DNA of 64,000 nucleotides from Vicugna vicugna (GCA_013265495.1 MU058065.1:5826302-5890301); one strand, 5' to 3'. Counted from the stretch's first letter, positions 48,101 through 61,587 are shown. Notes: generated from the letters alone by a model not told the origin. Numbers and translations are program-made.

Positions 48101-50808
48101 CCCGTCTTGCTGAGCCAGAGAGCAGTCCCAGCCAGGAAACTGCCTCCTTTCCTCTGCAGCCAGATCCTGCATAGGCTTCCTCGAGAACCCTGAAGTCCTC
48201 TTGCTGTTGATCCCAATCAAGAAATTTTTCCATGAATTAGTCTGATACTGAGCTGCTTGCCTAGCTGCCCCGGACCAGGACCTGTCACTGGGCAGGGACT
48301 GGTGGGGGGTGGGCAAAAGGAGGAGGAGGAAGCCACACTCACCCAGTCCTCCCACATCACCAAAGCAGAGCCCCTCCCTTGCCAATCATGTAGGAGGGGT
48401 GTAGTAGTTAAGCATGTGGTTCTTTGCAGTGGGACAGACTCAGGCTTCCATTGTGCCTTGTCACTTCCTATCAGTACAATCAAGATGCTTCATTTAATCC
48501 CTCTGGGTCTCAGTTTCCCAAGGGTTGCTGCAGGCCTTAAATGATATATCAAAGGATATGATAGCATATTGCCTGCCACATAGCAGCATAGTTCACACTA
48601 TTATAAATTACAACTAAGAATGATTACCAATTAATTATAAAGCTGCTCTTGGGGTAAAGAGCTTACCAGTATGAAAAGCTCTCAAATGTGACTTGCAGCA
48701 GCCCAACCTTCTTCCTGTTTTAACATGACTGGCCCCCAATCCAGTCCCCCAGCACCCAGGGTCCTTCCCTTACCCCAGCCTTTCAAACATGCTGTTCCAC
48801 CAGAGCAGCCTGGAGACTGTCCTCTTGGCCTCTGTCTAGGTATGTCCAGCCAGGGCTCAGCTCTGCTGACCACACCATCCATATTACAGAGGGGCTAGGG
48901 GGCTCTGGCATCCTGTCACTCCACACTTTGGGGGACCAGGGCAGGCTAGGAGTTTCTCATCTTCAGAAAGGCCAGGGCTGGGCTACTCTCCATACAATGG
49001 ACAGCTCCCCCTCCCTTTTTGCTCTCCTCTGTCTAGAACTTAAGTGGTAAAATGCCCCCAGAGTCCAAACCAAGGGAATGGGTGCTTAGTTTTAGGATGG
49101 CCATAACTAGTTGTTTGTCTTTTGGTGGATCTCCCTCTGCTCTGGACCACGGTGTCCTGACCTGTCAAAGACAGTGTGTGGACCTGCACTTCTCCGTGGT
49201 CCTTTCCAGCTCTAAACAGACATGATGACACCATACTCCTTCTCGTGGCTTCCTCCCCCTGCCCTAAAATCTCTTTCCTCCAAGTTGTATTCTCATCAAT
49301 TTATCTATTGTGTCCTTTGATTTATGTTCTGTTTCCAGTCCCCTTTGCTTCTGAGGGCACCAGAGCGAAGATTCCCCAAGAAGTCCAGTCCTTCCCCAGC
49401 TCAGAGCTCAGCCCCATGCCCTGACCCAAGGCCGGGAAATTCTGTACCTGGTTAGGTATGAGGCCAACTAAGAGAAGCCAGCCTTGGCCCTCTCTATCAC
49501 TGAAGAGGAGGGTGAGCGGGGCAGGGCTAGGGAGAAAGTGGAGATGCTGACATAGGGAGGCTGAGCTCCTGCTCCATCTTCTGATATGGCTGCACCTGGG
49601 GCTTTCTTAGCCCTCCAGCAGCTGAGTTCCTTCATGCCTGCGTCTCCTCCTCAGCCTCCAGGGGTGTACCCCCTACATGAGTCTACCTGGCTGTAGTGAG
49701 AATCCCCTCTTGAAAATGCCCAGGAAAGACTCAGTGACCTCCTGCTCTTTGCCATCTACCCCAGCTGCAGCCTGCTTCCTTGGAATTCTATTTTTTAAGA
49801 CTCAGTCTGCTGAGGTTCTGTCTTGAGCCTAGAGAAGAACTGGCTTAGGGGCTGAGGGAGTCAAAAAGGAAGCCCAAACACTGACCCAGGGAGACTCAGC
49901 CCTGGCCTGCACCCATAGCAGCCTCAGCAGGACCTTGAGCCCCACGCCCAGTCTCATGCCCCACCCCTTCTGCCTCAGACCATCATTTACCCTTTCACAT
50001 GCAAACTTGGTACTCTACTCTGTAGGCAGGGGCCCATGCACCGGCCTGAGCATCCCCCTTCCATGCCTTCTGAACCTTCAGGTAGGCATGGCCCAGGCAC
50101 TTTCCATGCAAACTCCACAAACCCCGTCCCTCATCTGCTGTTACCACCAGACCCCTGCCCAGCCTGTACGTGCACACACACATGCACACATGCACACGCA
50201 TGCTTGTGTGTGGATTCTCAACCTCTCACCTCCATACACGCCTGGGAGCCCACAGTCCTAGCTCTATTCCTGATGCTCTGCACCCTGTTCATATTTATCC
50301 ACTGACTGGCCTCTTCCAACCAGCCTGCTGCTGACCACACCAACCTACCCCAGCAATGGATTGCAAGGACTTCTGACTCATCCCCTCAGCATTGCCACCA
50401 GACCAGAGGAGCCAGCCCCCTCCTTCAGACATGCACTCACCTGTAAGGGACTAATCAGGAATCTTAAGTCTGAATTATTGGAGCAGATGAATACAATTTC
50501 CCCAAGAGGCCTCTCTTGATAGGGAAACTAGGAGGGCTCACACTACCCAATAACCAGAGAGGCCTGAATGGCCTGCTTATCAAATGCTGACCCTTGACTT
50601 CTGACATTCCTATAGGGAGCCTCTCTACCTTGACACCCCTTTCCCTGCACTTTCCTCTTGAAGGGCACTTCTGAGTCAGCACAGCTGAGAAGCCAGAGCA
50701 TCTGGGAAGAAGGCTGGATGAACAGGTACCTCCCCAGTGTGGCCCAGGCCACTCTTCTCTACCTCTGAGCCCCCTCCCCGCCAGGCTTGGCCTCCACCTC
50801 CCCATTAC

Positions 50809-51187
50809 CTCCGACTTCCAGCACTGTGAGAACAGCCTCGCAGGAGGCCTGGCCCCGATCATTCTGGGCCCTGCAGCTGTACATGCCGGCATCCTGCGCC
50901 CCGCAGCTCCGCAGCCACAGGCAGCTGGGCTCAGGGGCCGGCGGGGGCAGGAGCTGCCCATCCCGGAACCAGCTGAGACGGGGCTGGGGCGTCCCGCTCA
51001 CCACCACCCGCAGTCGCACGTCGCTGCCCGCAGACACCGCCGCGTCCTTCAGGGGCCGCAGGAAGACCGGCGCCCCGGCCACCGCCCCTCCGCCGGCCCC
51101 CACTTTGGCCCTCTTCGGGGGCACCCCGGGGCTTGGGGGTGCCCTCGTGCCCGTGTCCTCTCCTCGCGTGCCCCGGGCTTTCTGCAT
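50809..51187 (-). CDS. SPEG: SPEG exon 1 coding part (Ig1)
   Basis: [29 protein letters not shown]...[10 protein letters not shown]...[11 protein letters not shown]; donor G|gtaatg; 379 nt. Confidence 0.96.
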
Positions 51188-51366
51188 GGCCTCTTCGAGT
51201 TGGGCTGGGGGGACGCTGGAACTGGACGGCCACGGGGGCACCCGGGGGATGTTGCCCTGGGAGATGAGTCCTGGGGGGCCGGCGCCCTGCCTTCCTGCTG
51301 CCCGCCCGCCTTCGGCCTGTGCTACCCAGAAGGTCACCAGGGCGGCCGGTGGTTGCGCCTCGGGGG

Positions 51367-51376
51367 CTATTTTTAG
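51367..51376 (-). promoter_or_regulatory. MEF2 consensus site CTAAAAATAG in the SPEG proximal promoter
   Basis: ctatttttag on +; perfect YTAWWWWTAR ~180 nt upstream of the ATG within a CpG island. Confidence 0.75.
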
Positions 51377-51899
51377 GCCCCCCGGCTCGGGTTGCGAGGG
51401 AGCTGCGGAGGGAGGGGGCAGCAGAGGAGGGGACTTGGACACCACTCGGCTCCTTGTCCCCCCTCTAAGAGCCCCCATCGCCCTCCTTGGCCTGAATGGG
51501 TCCCTAAGGACTTGTTCCAAGCCCCCTACCCTGCGGTGTGCCCCGCCTCTAAGCCACCCACTTGGGGAGTCAGGTTACCCTTGGGCTCAATCCCACTTCC
51601 CTTCCTCCCTCCTCTCAGGCCCTGATTCCCAGCCCCACGTGGCTCTGGGAGAGGGAAAGGAGGTCCTGGGTGAGATATCAGAGAGGCAGATGAGCAGGCA
51701 GGCTCAAGTGAAGATGAGCAGACCCTGGGGAAGAGGGACCAGTGGCCTCCCACAGCCTCCATGGCAGCCGTGGTCAACAGTAAGACCAGGAGCAGGGAGT
51801 CAGATGGATTTGGCTCCCAGCAAGTCCTGCCCTTCCTTGAGTGACATCAAATCTCTCTCAACCTTCAAATCCTCGTTTGTCTAAATGAGTTGTTGTATA

Positions 51900-52215
51900 G
51901 AATTGCAACAGGGAGAGGAAAGTAGGAAGGACGTTCCAGGCAGAGGGAACAGCAAAATCAGTAGGTGATGTTTTCTGAGAATCAGAGGAATTTGGAGGGA
52001 CTGAACCACAGTGGGGTGAGGTGGGTGGAGGTGAGAAGTGGGGCCTGAAAAGAGGGCTTTGCTTGCTAAGGTCCCTATCCTGATGGCCATCCGGGGCCAC
52101 TGCAGGGCGTTCAGCAGTAGAATAACATGGTTAGACCTGTGTTTTAGAAGGATCGTTCTAGCAGCCACAGTGTGGAGGGTGGGTTGGAGATAGGAGAGTT
52201 GCAGGCCAGTTAGAC
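51900..52215. mobile_element. L2 LINE 3' fragment
   Basis: ccaggcagagggaacagcaaa...gccactgcagggcgttcagcag...tgtgttttagaaggatc typical of L2. Confidence 0.55.
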
Positions 52216-52217
52216 CT

Positions 52218-52375
52218 GCAGTTCTCAAAGTATAGCCTCTGTTAAAAGTACAGATTCCCAAGCTCTACTCTGAGGCGCAGATTCAGTATAGGGGCTAGGA
52301 GGGTTTAGGAATCTGCACATAAATAGCCCAGTGACTCCAATGCGTTTAAGAGCTGTACTTTGAGAAACATCAGGA
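52218..52375. mobile_element. MER5A1-like MITE
   Basis: cagttctcaaagt...agattcccaagc...aatctgcacat...actttgagaaac with inverted ends. Confidence 0.6.
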
Positions 52376-52408
52376 TAGGACATTACTGCTTTTAAAAGTC
52401 CAAGTAAG

Positions 52409-52722
52409 ACTTTTGTGATGGGACAGTTCTGTATCTTGAGTCTGGTGGTCACATGAATCTACACATGTAATAAAATTGTATTGAACTAAATACACACACG
52501 CAAACAAGCATTAATGAATGCATGCAAACTGGTAAAATCTAAAGAAGGTGGTGGACTATGTCAATGGCAATTTCCTAGGTGTGATATGGTATTATGGTTA
52601 TGTAAGATGTTACTACTGGGGGAAACCAGGTAAAAGATACACAGTATCTCTCTGTGTTGTTTCTTATAACTGCATGTGAACCTAAAGTTATCTCAAAATA
52701 AAAGGTTTTTTTTTAAAAAAGT
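52409..52722 (+). mobile_element. Old L1 (L1M-type) 3' end with poly(A)-like tail
   Basis: gttctgtatcttga...ggtggtcacatgaatctacacatg...tatctcaaaataaaagg-t/a run. Confidence 0.65.
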
Positions 52723-53174
52723 CCAGGTGAGAGACCTAGACCTGATGTTGAACCCTAGGGGATGAAGCCTGGGAAGAGCAGAGAGGAGCCAAAGGAGGAG
52801 CCAGCAGTCATTAGGAGATGGAGAAAGTTACCCTTATCCCCCATCATCATTCTGAAAGGCCCAAGTCAAAGTGTTTGTGTGTGCATGGAGAGGGCAGAGT
52901 TATACACTGAATTATATCTATAGTGTCCAAGAGCCTTAACGAATGACATCTTTGGTTTTAGTTTGCATACATTAAAGCTTACTCTTTGTGATGTGCTGTT
53001 CTCCTGGTTTTGACAAATGCAGAGAACTGCATCTGCTACTCCAGGATCATACAGGACAATCTCATCACCCTGAAGATTGCCTGAGCATCCCCTTTGTTGT
53101 CAGACATACCCCACCCGCCAACCCCTGACAACCACTGATGCTGAACTGAACTCTTAAATGTAAACTGAATTCTA

Positions 53175-53313
53175 GGGGGGAGGGTGTAACTCAAGTGGTA
53201 GAGTGTATGCTTAGCATGCACAGGGTCTTGGGTTCAATCCCCGTACCTCCTCTAAAAATAAATAAATAGACCTACTAATTACCTACCCCCCACCAAAAAA
53301 TAAAATAAAATAA
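53175..53313 (+). mobile_element. Full-length tRNA-derived SINE (camelid Vic-1-like) with 19-bp TSD
   Basis: GGGGGGAGGGTGTAACTCAAGTGGTAGAG...GGTTCAATCCCCGTACCTCC...A-rich tail; TSD aaatgtaaa(c/t)tgaattcta at 53156-53174 and 53314-53332. Confidence 0.9.
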
Positions 53314-53399
53314 AAATGTAAATTGAATTCTAAAAGGTAAAAATGTGGGGGAAGACATTGTAAGCAGATGGAACATCAAGACCAAAGGAGGAGGATTCC

Positions 53400-53830
53400 T
53401 GTCCCCATGTTGCTTATATTCGAGGAAGGAGACAAATGTAAAGAGATAAAGAAATGATAAAGATCATCAGGCGATGCATATTGTGGGGAGAATGGAGCAG
53501 GGTAAGGGAGATGGAAGTGTGGTGGGTAACTTACACTTTCAAACAGGAGGATAGGAGTTGGCCTCACTGGGAACAGTTGAGTCAATCTTGAAGGAGGCAA
53601 ATGGTGCAGAAGTCTGGGCAGGACTGCTTCAGGCAGAGGTGGAAATGTGCCCTGTGGGCTCCAAAAGAACCAGGAGGCCGTCGGGCAGGAGAGTGGAGGG
53701 ACAGGAGGTCAGACAGGCAATGGGGAACAGATGGCCTAGCATCTTGTAGGCCATGGTTTTTTTACTCCTAGCGAAGTGGGAAGTCATCTCACAAGATTTT
53801 GAGCCAAGGAATTACATGATCTGACTTAGG
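53400..53830. mobile_element. L2 LINE fragment
   Basis: gttgcttatattc...caggcagaggtggaaatgtgccctg...gattttgagccaaggaattacatgatctgactta. Confidence 0.55.
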
Positions 53831-56230
53831 TTGTTGTGATGGCTTTAACTTATTATATTAAATTTTAAAATGAATATTAACTATTTAAAAGGGCCTGGCA
53901 CAGAGCCTGGAACATGGCTTGTGGGTCTCCTGTTTGAATGTCCATAATGGCTTTCACTGTTGGGCGCACAGGAGTGTGTGGGCCTGGGTAAGGAGGGCAT
54001 AGCCCCTTGCAAGTCGCGGGCGCCCTCTCCTGGAGGAGCCCACACTAGCCGTGACGCCGGAAGCCATTAGGCCCTGGCCAGGGCCCTTACCCAGAGCAGC
54101 TGGCTGGCTGCAAGGAGCTCATCTGTCCCTCAGAATGGCCCCACAGTGCCCCACGGCTTGGCGCCAGGATGGGTGTGTGCTGCCAGTCTGCCCTGCCTTG
54201 CAATCACAAGCCTGTGGTGTCATGGAAAGATATCTGGGCTCCGGAGGCCAAGGAGCAGGGGGCCTGGTCCTCCTCTGCCGCAGATATGCTGTGTGACCTT
54301 GGCAGTTCACCCCACCTCTCTGGGCCGTGGGGTGTTTCCTCCAAGTCATAATGATGCACCGTGTGGTAAAAGCTCAGTAAGTGTTCATTGAATCAGTGAA
54401 TGAAGTTGGGGGAGGGGCATCAACCTCTCTGGTAAATATTTAATTTAGAGAAAAGTACATTTAAAGTGCCCAGTTCATATTCATTCAACAAGTATTTAAA
54501 TATTTGATTGGCACCTTCTATGGACCAAGCACTCTTCCAGGTACTGGGAATACAGTAGTGAATAAAATGAATAAAAACCTTGCCCTTGGGTAGCTGACAT
54601 TTTAGGTGTTGAATCAAAAGTCAGTGATGTACTTGCATATGTGTCCTGGGCAGGGTTGTGGTCAGAGGAGGAATAAGGGAGGTGGTGAATGGGTGGGATG
54701 CTTGTCTTCAGGGGCAGGGAGGGTAGCCAGAGTGGACAGTGCCTGCTGAGACCTCAGTTCTTGGCTTAAGGACTTTGCCCCACAATCCTTCCTACTCCAT
54801 TGCCTTAGGTAGGGTCTGAGTCGGTCAGGAACTGGTCCCACAGGAATCAGTGAAAAGCTGGTTAGCCCTCTATGAGCCCTCTTATTTCTTGGTGTTGGGT
54901 CTTAAAGAAGAAGACATCAGAGTTTCCCAATGAGCAGGGAGAGTTTTTGCCATGGAGATGATGGGGTGTGTGTCTGTGTGGATGAGAGTATGTTGAAGGT
55001 CTGCTTGTGTGTGTGTGATCCCATGAGACTCAGATCTCTTTGGGTTTATTTTTGTCCATTCTCTGGAGCACTACATTCACCAGGGGCCACAGGGGGTGGG
55101 GCAGAGGGATGGGGTGTAGTCCCAGGTACTCCCAGGGCAAGGTGAAGAACAGTATTCCGTGGAGAAGTGGTCCTTCCTGGAGGGAGGGACCCCACAAACA
55201 AGAGGGGAAGAGGCAAACTTGTGAGCAAAGGCAGCATCCAAGGAGAGGGGGAAGACAGAGACACCAGAAAGTCTTTCAGTAGCTTCTGGAAAAAGCCAGT
55301 TAGGAACGGCACACTAGAGACTTTAAGACTAAAACCCCATTAGATTTATTTCACCTACAGGCTGTCCGAATTTATCATGTTTGTGATCTCTGCCCTCTTC
55401 CCGTCTCTAAAGGGTAATCCCTGAAATCTAAGGAGCGGCTGGAAGGCTGGGACCTACATGGATTTACCAAGCTTCCTAAATCTCCTATCCACCTGGAATT
55501 TAGTTTTTAGAAGAAGTGGAAAAAGAGACAGCTTTTCCTTGTGCCCTACCCCACCCTCCACGGCCACCTAAATGCCCCCACGTCCTATATTGAATAATTA
55601 AGGTTTCTTGACAGAAACTTTGAACATATCTGTGTCAATGTTTTATTCCATGATTGCCTACTTATTTTCGTGTGTTCTACGTTCCTCTCATCTTCCTAAA
55701 TTCTTCCTAAATTTCCTTTTGGTATTTTAATTGAGATTGTATTGCACCAAAATTAAAAATTAACATAGGATGAATTGACATCTTTAAAGTATTGAGTCCT
55801 TTTCTCCAAGAACAAGGTAGAGTTTCTGTTTTTCTTCACATGGTTATTTTTCCTGAATCGGCCTTTGTAGGTAAAAGGTGCAGGTTTAGTGGGAAGAGGG
55901 TGTAAGCTTCTCTAGGGAAGGGACTGGGGGAGCCCGACTTCACAGTCAGGCTGTGGGGGCAGCCTGGCACTGGGGCCTAACAAGAGGTATTTGATTCCCC
56001 AACAAAAGCCCACGCCCAGCCCCCCTCCCCCAGATGTTACTACCCATGTACAGCAAGACTGAGAGGCTCTGGGAGGAAAAGGGGTGACAGGCCCTGGGGG
56101 ACAGCCTGGCTGGGCAGGAGGACAGCACACAGTCCATCTCGAGGTGGTGGGCCAGGGCCTGGGAGGGTCCCCAGCGGAGGCCTAGCAGTCAAGGCAGCAC
56201 AGGACGACGTGTGAGGCTTGTGCTTATCTT

Positions 56231-56236
56231 TTTATT
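56231..56236 (-). terminator. DES polyadenylation signal AATAAA
   Basis: tttatt on + strand, ~750 nt after the stop; GU/U-containing sequence follows on the minus strand. Confidence 0.85.
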
Positions 56237-56986
56237 ATTTCTGTCCAGAGCCCCTGCAGTGGGGGAGGGGTGGGCACGGGGAGGTGGCACCCCTGCCAAC
56301 CGCCTGAGACCGCTCTCTGCCTCTCTCCTCTCCTCTCTGCTCCCCTCTGGCATCACACCCACCCTCTTTCCTTCGGAATCTCCTGCTCCCACATCTGGCA
56401 CCTTCGGGGGTTCCCTCTTGCAGCCCCTACTTTCTAAGCCCACCCTGGGAAAGAAAGGGACCATGGGGTCAGTATCTAGCCTCCCAGTCTCCACAGGGGG
56501 CTGGATCCCCAGTTACCTGCCGGGCTTGCTGAGGATGCTGCCCCTTCTCTCTGACTCAGGCTGGGCAGTGGGGAGTGGGGAGGTCACGGGGCTGGATCCT
56601 GACCCTGCGGGGTCCCTACACCCTGCTCTGGGGCCCTCTCCAGAGCCAGAGGCTAGAGCCTGAGGTCACAGAGGTGGGAGGGGCAGGGTCACTGCTGCCT
56701 TGGCTCCATCCTGCCCCTACCCAGCACACCCTTGCCTCGCCAAGAGCCAGGCTCACTCACTTCCAACATCCAGACCTCACACAGCGGGGGGCTCCCTGTG
56801 CGGGGAGGGGGATGGGCTATGTCCCCTGTGGGGACCTTGAGCGGTGGTGGTCGGTGAGCAGGGGTCAGAGGCTGTGAGGGGAGCATTGTGGCCGGGTACA
56901 GTGCCCTGGGATGGAAGGAGGCTGGCTCTGGGAGGCAGTGAGGACAGGGGTGAGGACGGTCTCTGGTGGCAGAGGGGTCTCTGGCT

Positions 56987-57028
56987 TTAGAGCACCTCGT
57001 GTTGCTGCTGTGTGGCCTCACTGACGAC
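56987..57028 (-). CDS. DES: Desmin exon 9 coding part
   Basis: tag|GTCGTCAGTGAGGCCACACAGCAGCAACACGAGGTGCTCTAA; VVSEATQQQHEVL*. Confidence 0.97.
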   Translation of the reverse strand, partial: VVSEATQQQHEVL

Positions 57029-57198
57029 CTAGAGAGGAAGAGAAACCCAGTCTAATCCTGCGCTGGCCAGCGAGTGGGGCCATGGCCCTGGACCACCCCC
57101 GCCCCAACACAGGAGGACCCCCCTCTACCCCCGGGCCAAGAGCATGAACCAGCGTAGCTGGTGAAAGTCACCTGGCTGACAGTGCCCCAGACACACTA

Positions 57199-57381
<183 letters not shown>

Positions 57382-58794
57382 CTAGGAGTCCATCCCTGGT
57401 CCCACAGGGGAGAGCCCGGAAGATGTCCACCCCCTCAAGATGGGCCTGTTACTGTTTCAGCAAGACTTCATCACCTGTCCTTGAGCCCAGCATCCAACAG
57501 GTGGCTTTGCAAACCCAGGGGCCTGTCTCACAGCTGAGATAAGATCAGGAGCCAACAGATGTGCTCCAGCCGTGGGTTCAGGAGGGCAGGGGATCCTCGA
57601 GGCCCAGGCCGCCCAGCATTCTCATCCCCCACACATCTCCTCACTCCCTCTCCACCCTGGGCTGCAGGAGAGCCCTGCATGAATTTGTACCCTGACAGTT
57701 AGGACCCCAAAGCCCAGAACCAAGATACTATTTTGGAGGACCTCATGGTTCCCAGCCCAGCTTAAGACTCTGGATGAGCAGCTTGATGTCTTAATGAAAG
57801 AGAGATGGACAGAAGTCACTCACTAATTCACTGTGCTGGCGCCCCTCTGTGCCTCAGTTTCCCCACTGTAAAACGGTAACAATGGTACTTGCCATATCAT
57901 GGTCCAAAACTATTGATTTGAAAAAGCACTAAGCGATTTTAAATGCAAAGCTCACATTTGGTGCCTGCATAAACTATTAACTGAAAAGAGGGGTTCTGAA
58001 TTTTATAGGAAGGGTCAAATTTAGGTCCTTGGCATTATGAGTTTGGTGTTCATGAATCTCCTTAGCAGGCAACCAGCCTGTGACGAACGTTGTAACTCGG
58101 TGGAGCACAGCGTGTATTTTTTCCTAATGGAAATGAACATCGAATATATAAAAAGGCTTGATCTAGGAAAGGCAAAGCTGCCAAAGACTCCAGCTTGCTT
58201 TCCTAATGGATCATTACAGCGTGTTTTTCTGCTCTCTGGGGTTGGAAAGCCACTTGATCTGCATATTACTAATGTCAGAATGGCAGAATGCCCTAGGAGT
58301 TCATTCTTTAAATTGTTTGGCTTTGCTAAGGTTTGGCTTTATTTTTTAAAACATGGGTCCAACATCTTGCTCTAGCAAACTGGAGGTGTGCTACAAGCAG
58401 CTGGGGGCAGCGGGGAATGCTTGGCAACTTGCCAAACAGACAATGGGTGGTGGGTGCCTTGTAGACCAGTATGTATAGTTCTAGATGCTCCAGCTGTCAG
58501 GCCCCCAAGGACACCCCTGGTAACCTTGGAGTTTGAGTATATTAGAAACAGAAACTGTCGGCCACTCAATATGCCCAGGGGACATGGTCAATAAAATACC
58601 ATGAAATAAAATAACATAAAAAGCTGTCAGAAGGTGCCTCTACCTAAATTCCTCCAGCTACAGGGCAGCAGCCTCCGTTCTCTTTACCAGGCCCCAGCCT
58701 TGTCCCTATGATTCCATCCTCCCCTACTGGCTGGCCTTGGGCAGTGCCCACGCTGGTCTCCTGCCCCCTGCCACCCCAGCCAACACGTACTCAC

Positions 58795-58838
58795 CTCGGA
58801 AGTTGAGGGCAGAGAAGGTCTGGATAGGGAGGTTGATC
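58795..58838 (-). CDS. DES: Desmin exon 7
   Basis: tag|GATCAACCTC...TTCCGAG|gtgagt; INLPIQTFSALNFR; 44 nt. Confidence 0.97.
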
Positions 58839-59454
58839 CTAAAAGGGAAGAGACCAAGCCCCCTAAGGGTTAGGACCCTCCATCTCTCTCTGTGACCACC
58901 CTTCAAAGCTTGCCCTGGTCCTCTATAAACACCATCCTCAGCTGTCCCAGTCCCACTGGCTTCAACACTCCCACTGCCAAACTGCTCAGGGCATGGGGCC
59001 AAAGGTCAACCCCAGCTGTCCAAGGAACTGTCCCTTCTGGAAGGACCACCCATTCCATCTCTGACCTGCTGGCATGACAGCAGGACCCCAAACCCCACTG
59101 CACCCTACACTGCACCAGGATTTCCTTCTTGCTCTTGGCACTGCAGGGTGTATCAACAACGTCTGTGGGTTACATCCGTTGTGTGTGCCCACCCTCCAGC
59201 CAGGATGGGAACATCTGGCTCACTCACGTGAGCCCAAGTTCCAGGAGCTGCCACCCCCATTTATGCCTGGTGCTGGGGAAAGGCAATGTGACTTTGGCTA
59301 TTACCTTTATAGAGGTCATTATTTGCAGATATTATTCTACAATATCTGAAATCTTTTTCTGTGTAAATCTGTATCTAAATATGTCTGCTGATCTTTTTAA
59401 ACATCAGATAGTATCACTTTTGTATCAATGGGCATCATTCTGTTGAGTAATCAA

Positions 59455-59620
59455 CCTGTCTTTAATTGATGTTAAGTTTACATAGTGAAATGCACAGATC
59501 TTTAGTGTGCAATCCAGTGAGTTTTGATCAGCGCCTACATCCACATAGCCACCAGTCTAAATCAAGATATAGAACATTTCCATCGATCAAGAAGGTTCTC
59601 TCAGGTTCCCCTGCAGTTGT
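59455..59620 (-). mobile_element. Old L1 3' end fragment (reverse)
   Basis: tttacatagtgaaatgcacagatcttta...gagttttga...caagatatagaacatttccatc. Confidence 0.6.
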
Positions 59621-60122
59621 TTGTTGTTTTCTGTGTCTAGAGATGAGTTGCTCTGAGCATGTCATTGTGTTTTTTCTTATGAGCACATGTGTGTATACCT
59701 GTGCACACTTAGAGCACAAGTCTCTGCACCTTCTCTATTAGCCTATTGTGTCAAAAACTCTGTCTCTATTTGTCTCTATCTGGCCCCTCCCATTCCTTCC
59801 TCATCGTTCCCTGCTCTGCTCCCATCTCTCCCTTGACTGGTAGTAATATTTTATTACTGGTTGCTGAATATGGTTTTATGCTGCTGGTTCTTAATTCTGA
59901 AGGTGGATGTGGGAATACTTGTATTTCTCTTTTTATAAAAGCTATTAATTGAATCACTTTTTACCCAGGTGGCCTTGGTTAATTCTCTGCAACTAATAGA
60001 GTGGTGGCCTCTTGTATAATGCTGTTTTCAGATCTTGTGGAGGTGATCCTGAGCTCCCCTGGGGCAGGGATGGGCCCCCAGGCCACCCTGGACCCCACAT
60101 CCAGCCCCTGCCTTGCCCCTCA

Positions 60123-60389
<267 letters not shown>

Positions 60390-60677
60390 TCAAGGGGACA
60401 CTCGGGGCCCAGGATGCAGAGAGGCACAGTCTAGGGCTGGGAGGAAACCTCAGATAGCCTCGCCTAGGAGTTGTCAAACTCTTCTGAGCCAAGGAACTCT
60501 GAACTCAAATGAAGTCTTACGTGGCAACTCAGAGGATAGAACTGATACAAGGGAGCATGGCCGTCTGGCCTCCTCGCCTCTACCTGAGAGCCCCACTGGG
60601 TATCTATCTGTTTTTACCCCTGTGGTAGATGTGAGGAGACAGAGGTCCAGAGAGGACATGTGATAGACCCAAGGTCA

Positions 60678-60866
<189 letters not shown>

Positions 60867-60869
60867 CTA

Positions 60870-61211
<342 letters not shown>

Positions 61212-61252
61212 TCAGTCCCCGACCAGGCCCCGCATGCACCCTCACACCCCTA

Positions 61253-61438
<186 letters not shown>

Positions 61439-61526
61439 TCAACCCAGCAGGGCAAAAGGAGACCAGGGGCTACACGGGGGGAACAGAAGAGGTAAGGCTG
61501 CTTCTGGGAGATCAAAGAAGGCTCAC

Positions 61527-61587
61527 CGCTCGGAAGGCAGCCAAATTGCTCTCCGCTTCTTCTTTCAGTTGAATTTCTTCTTGCAGC
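61527..61587 (-). CDS. DES: Desmin exon 2
   Basis: cag|GCTGCAAGAAG...CGAGCG|gtgagc; LQEEIQLKEEAESNLAAFRA; 61 nt. Confidence 0.98.

Larger units (their letters stand above)
1..51340 (-). other. SPEG: SPEG gene span (5' partial: exons 1-35 and start of exon 36; truncated by window edge)
   Basis: Ordered Ig/FN3/kinase exons with consistent phases; 8308 nt of CDS through exon 35; TSS approximate. Confidence 0.97.

Noticed and set aside
50787-51884. 365-aa plus-strand ORF opposite SPEG exon 1
   Set aside because: CpG-island antisense frame with no recognisable domain.
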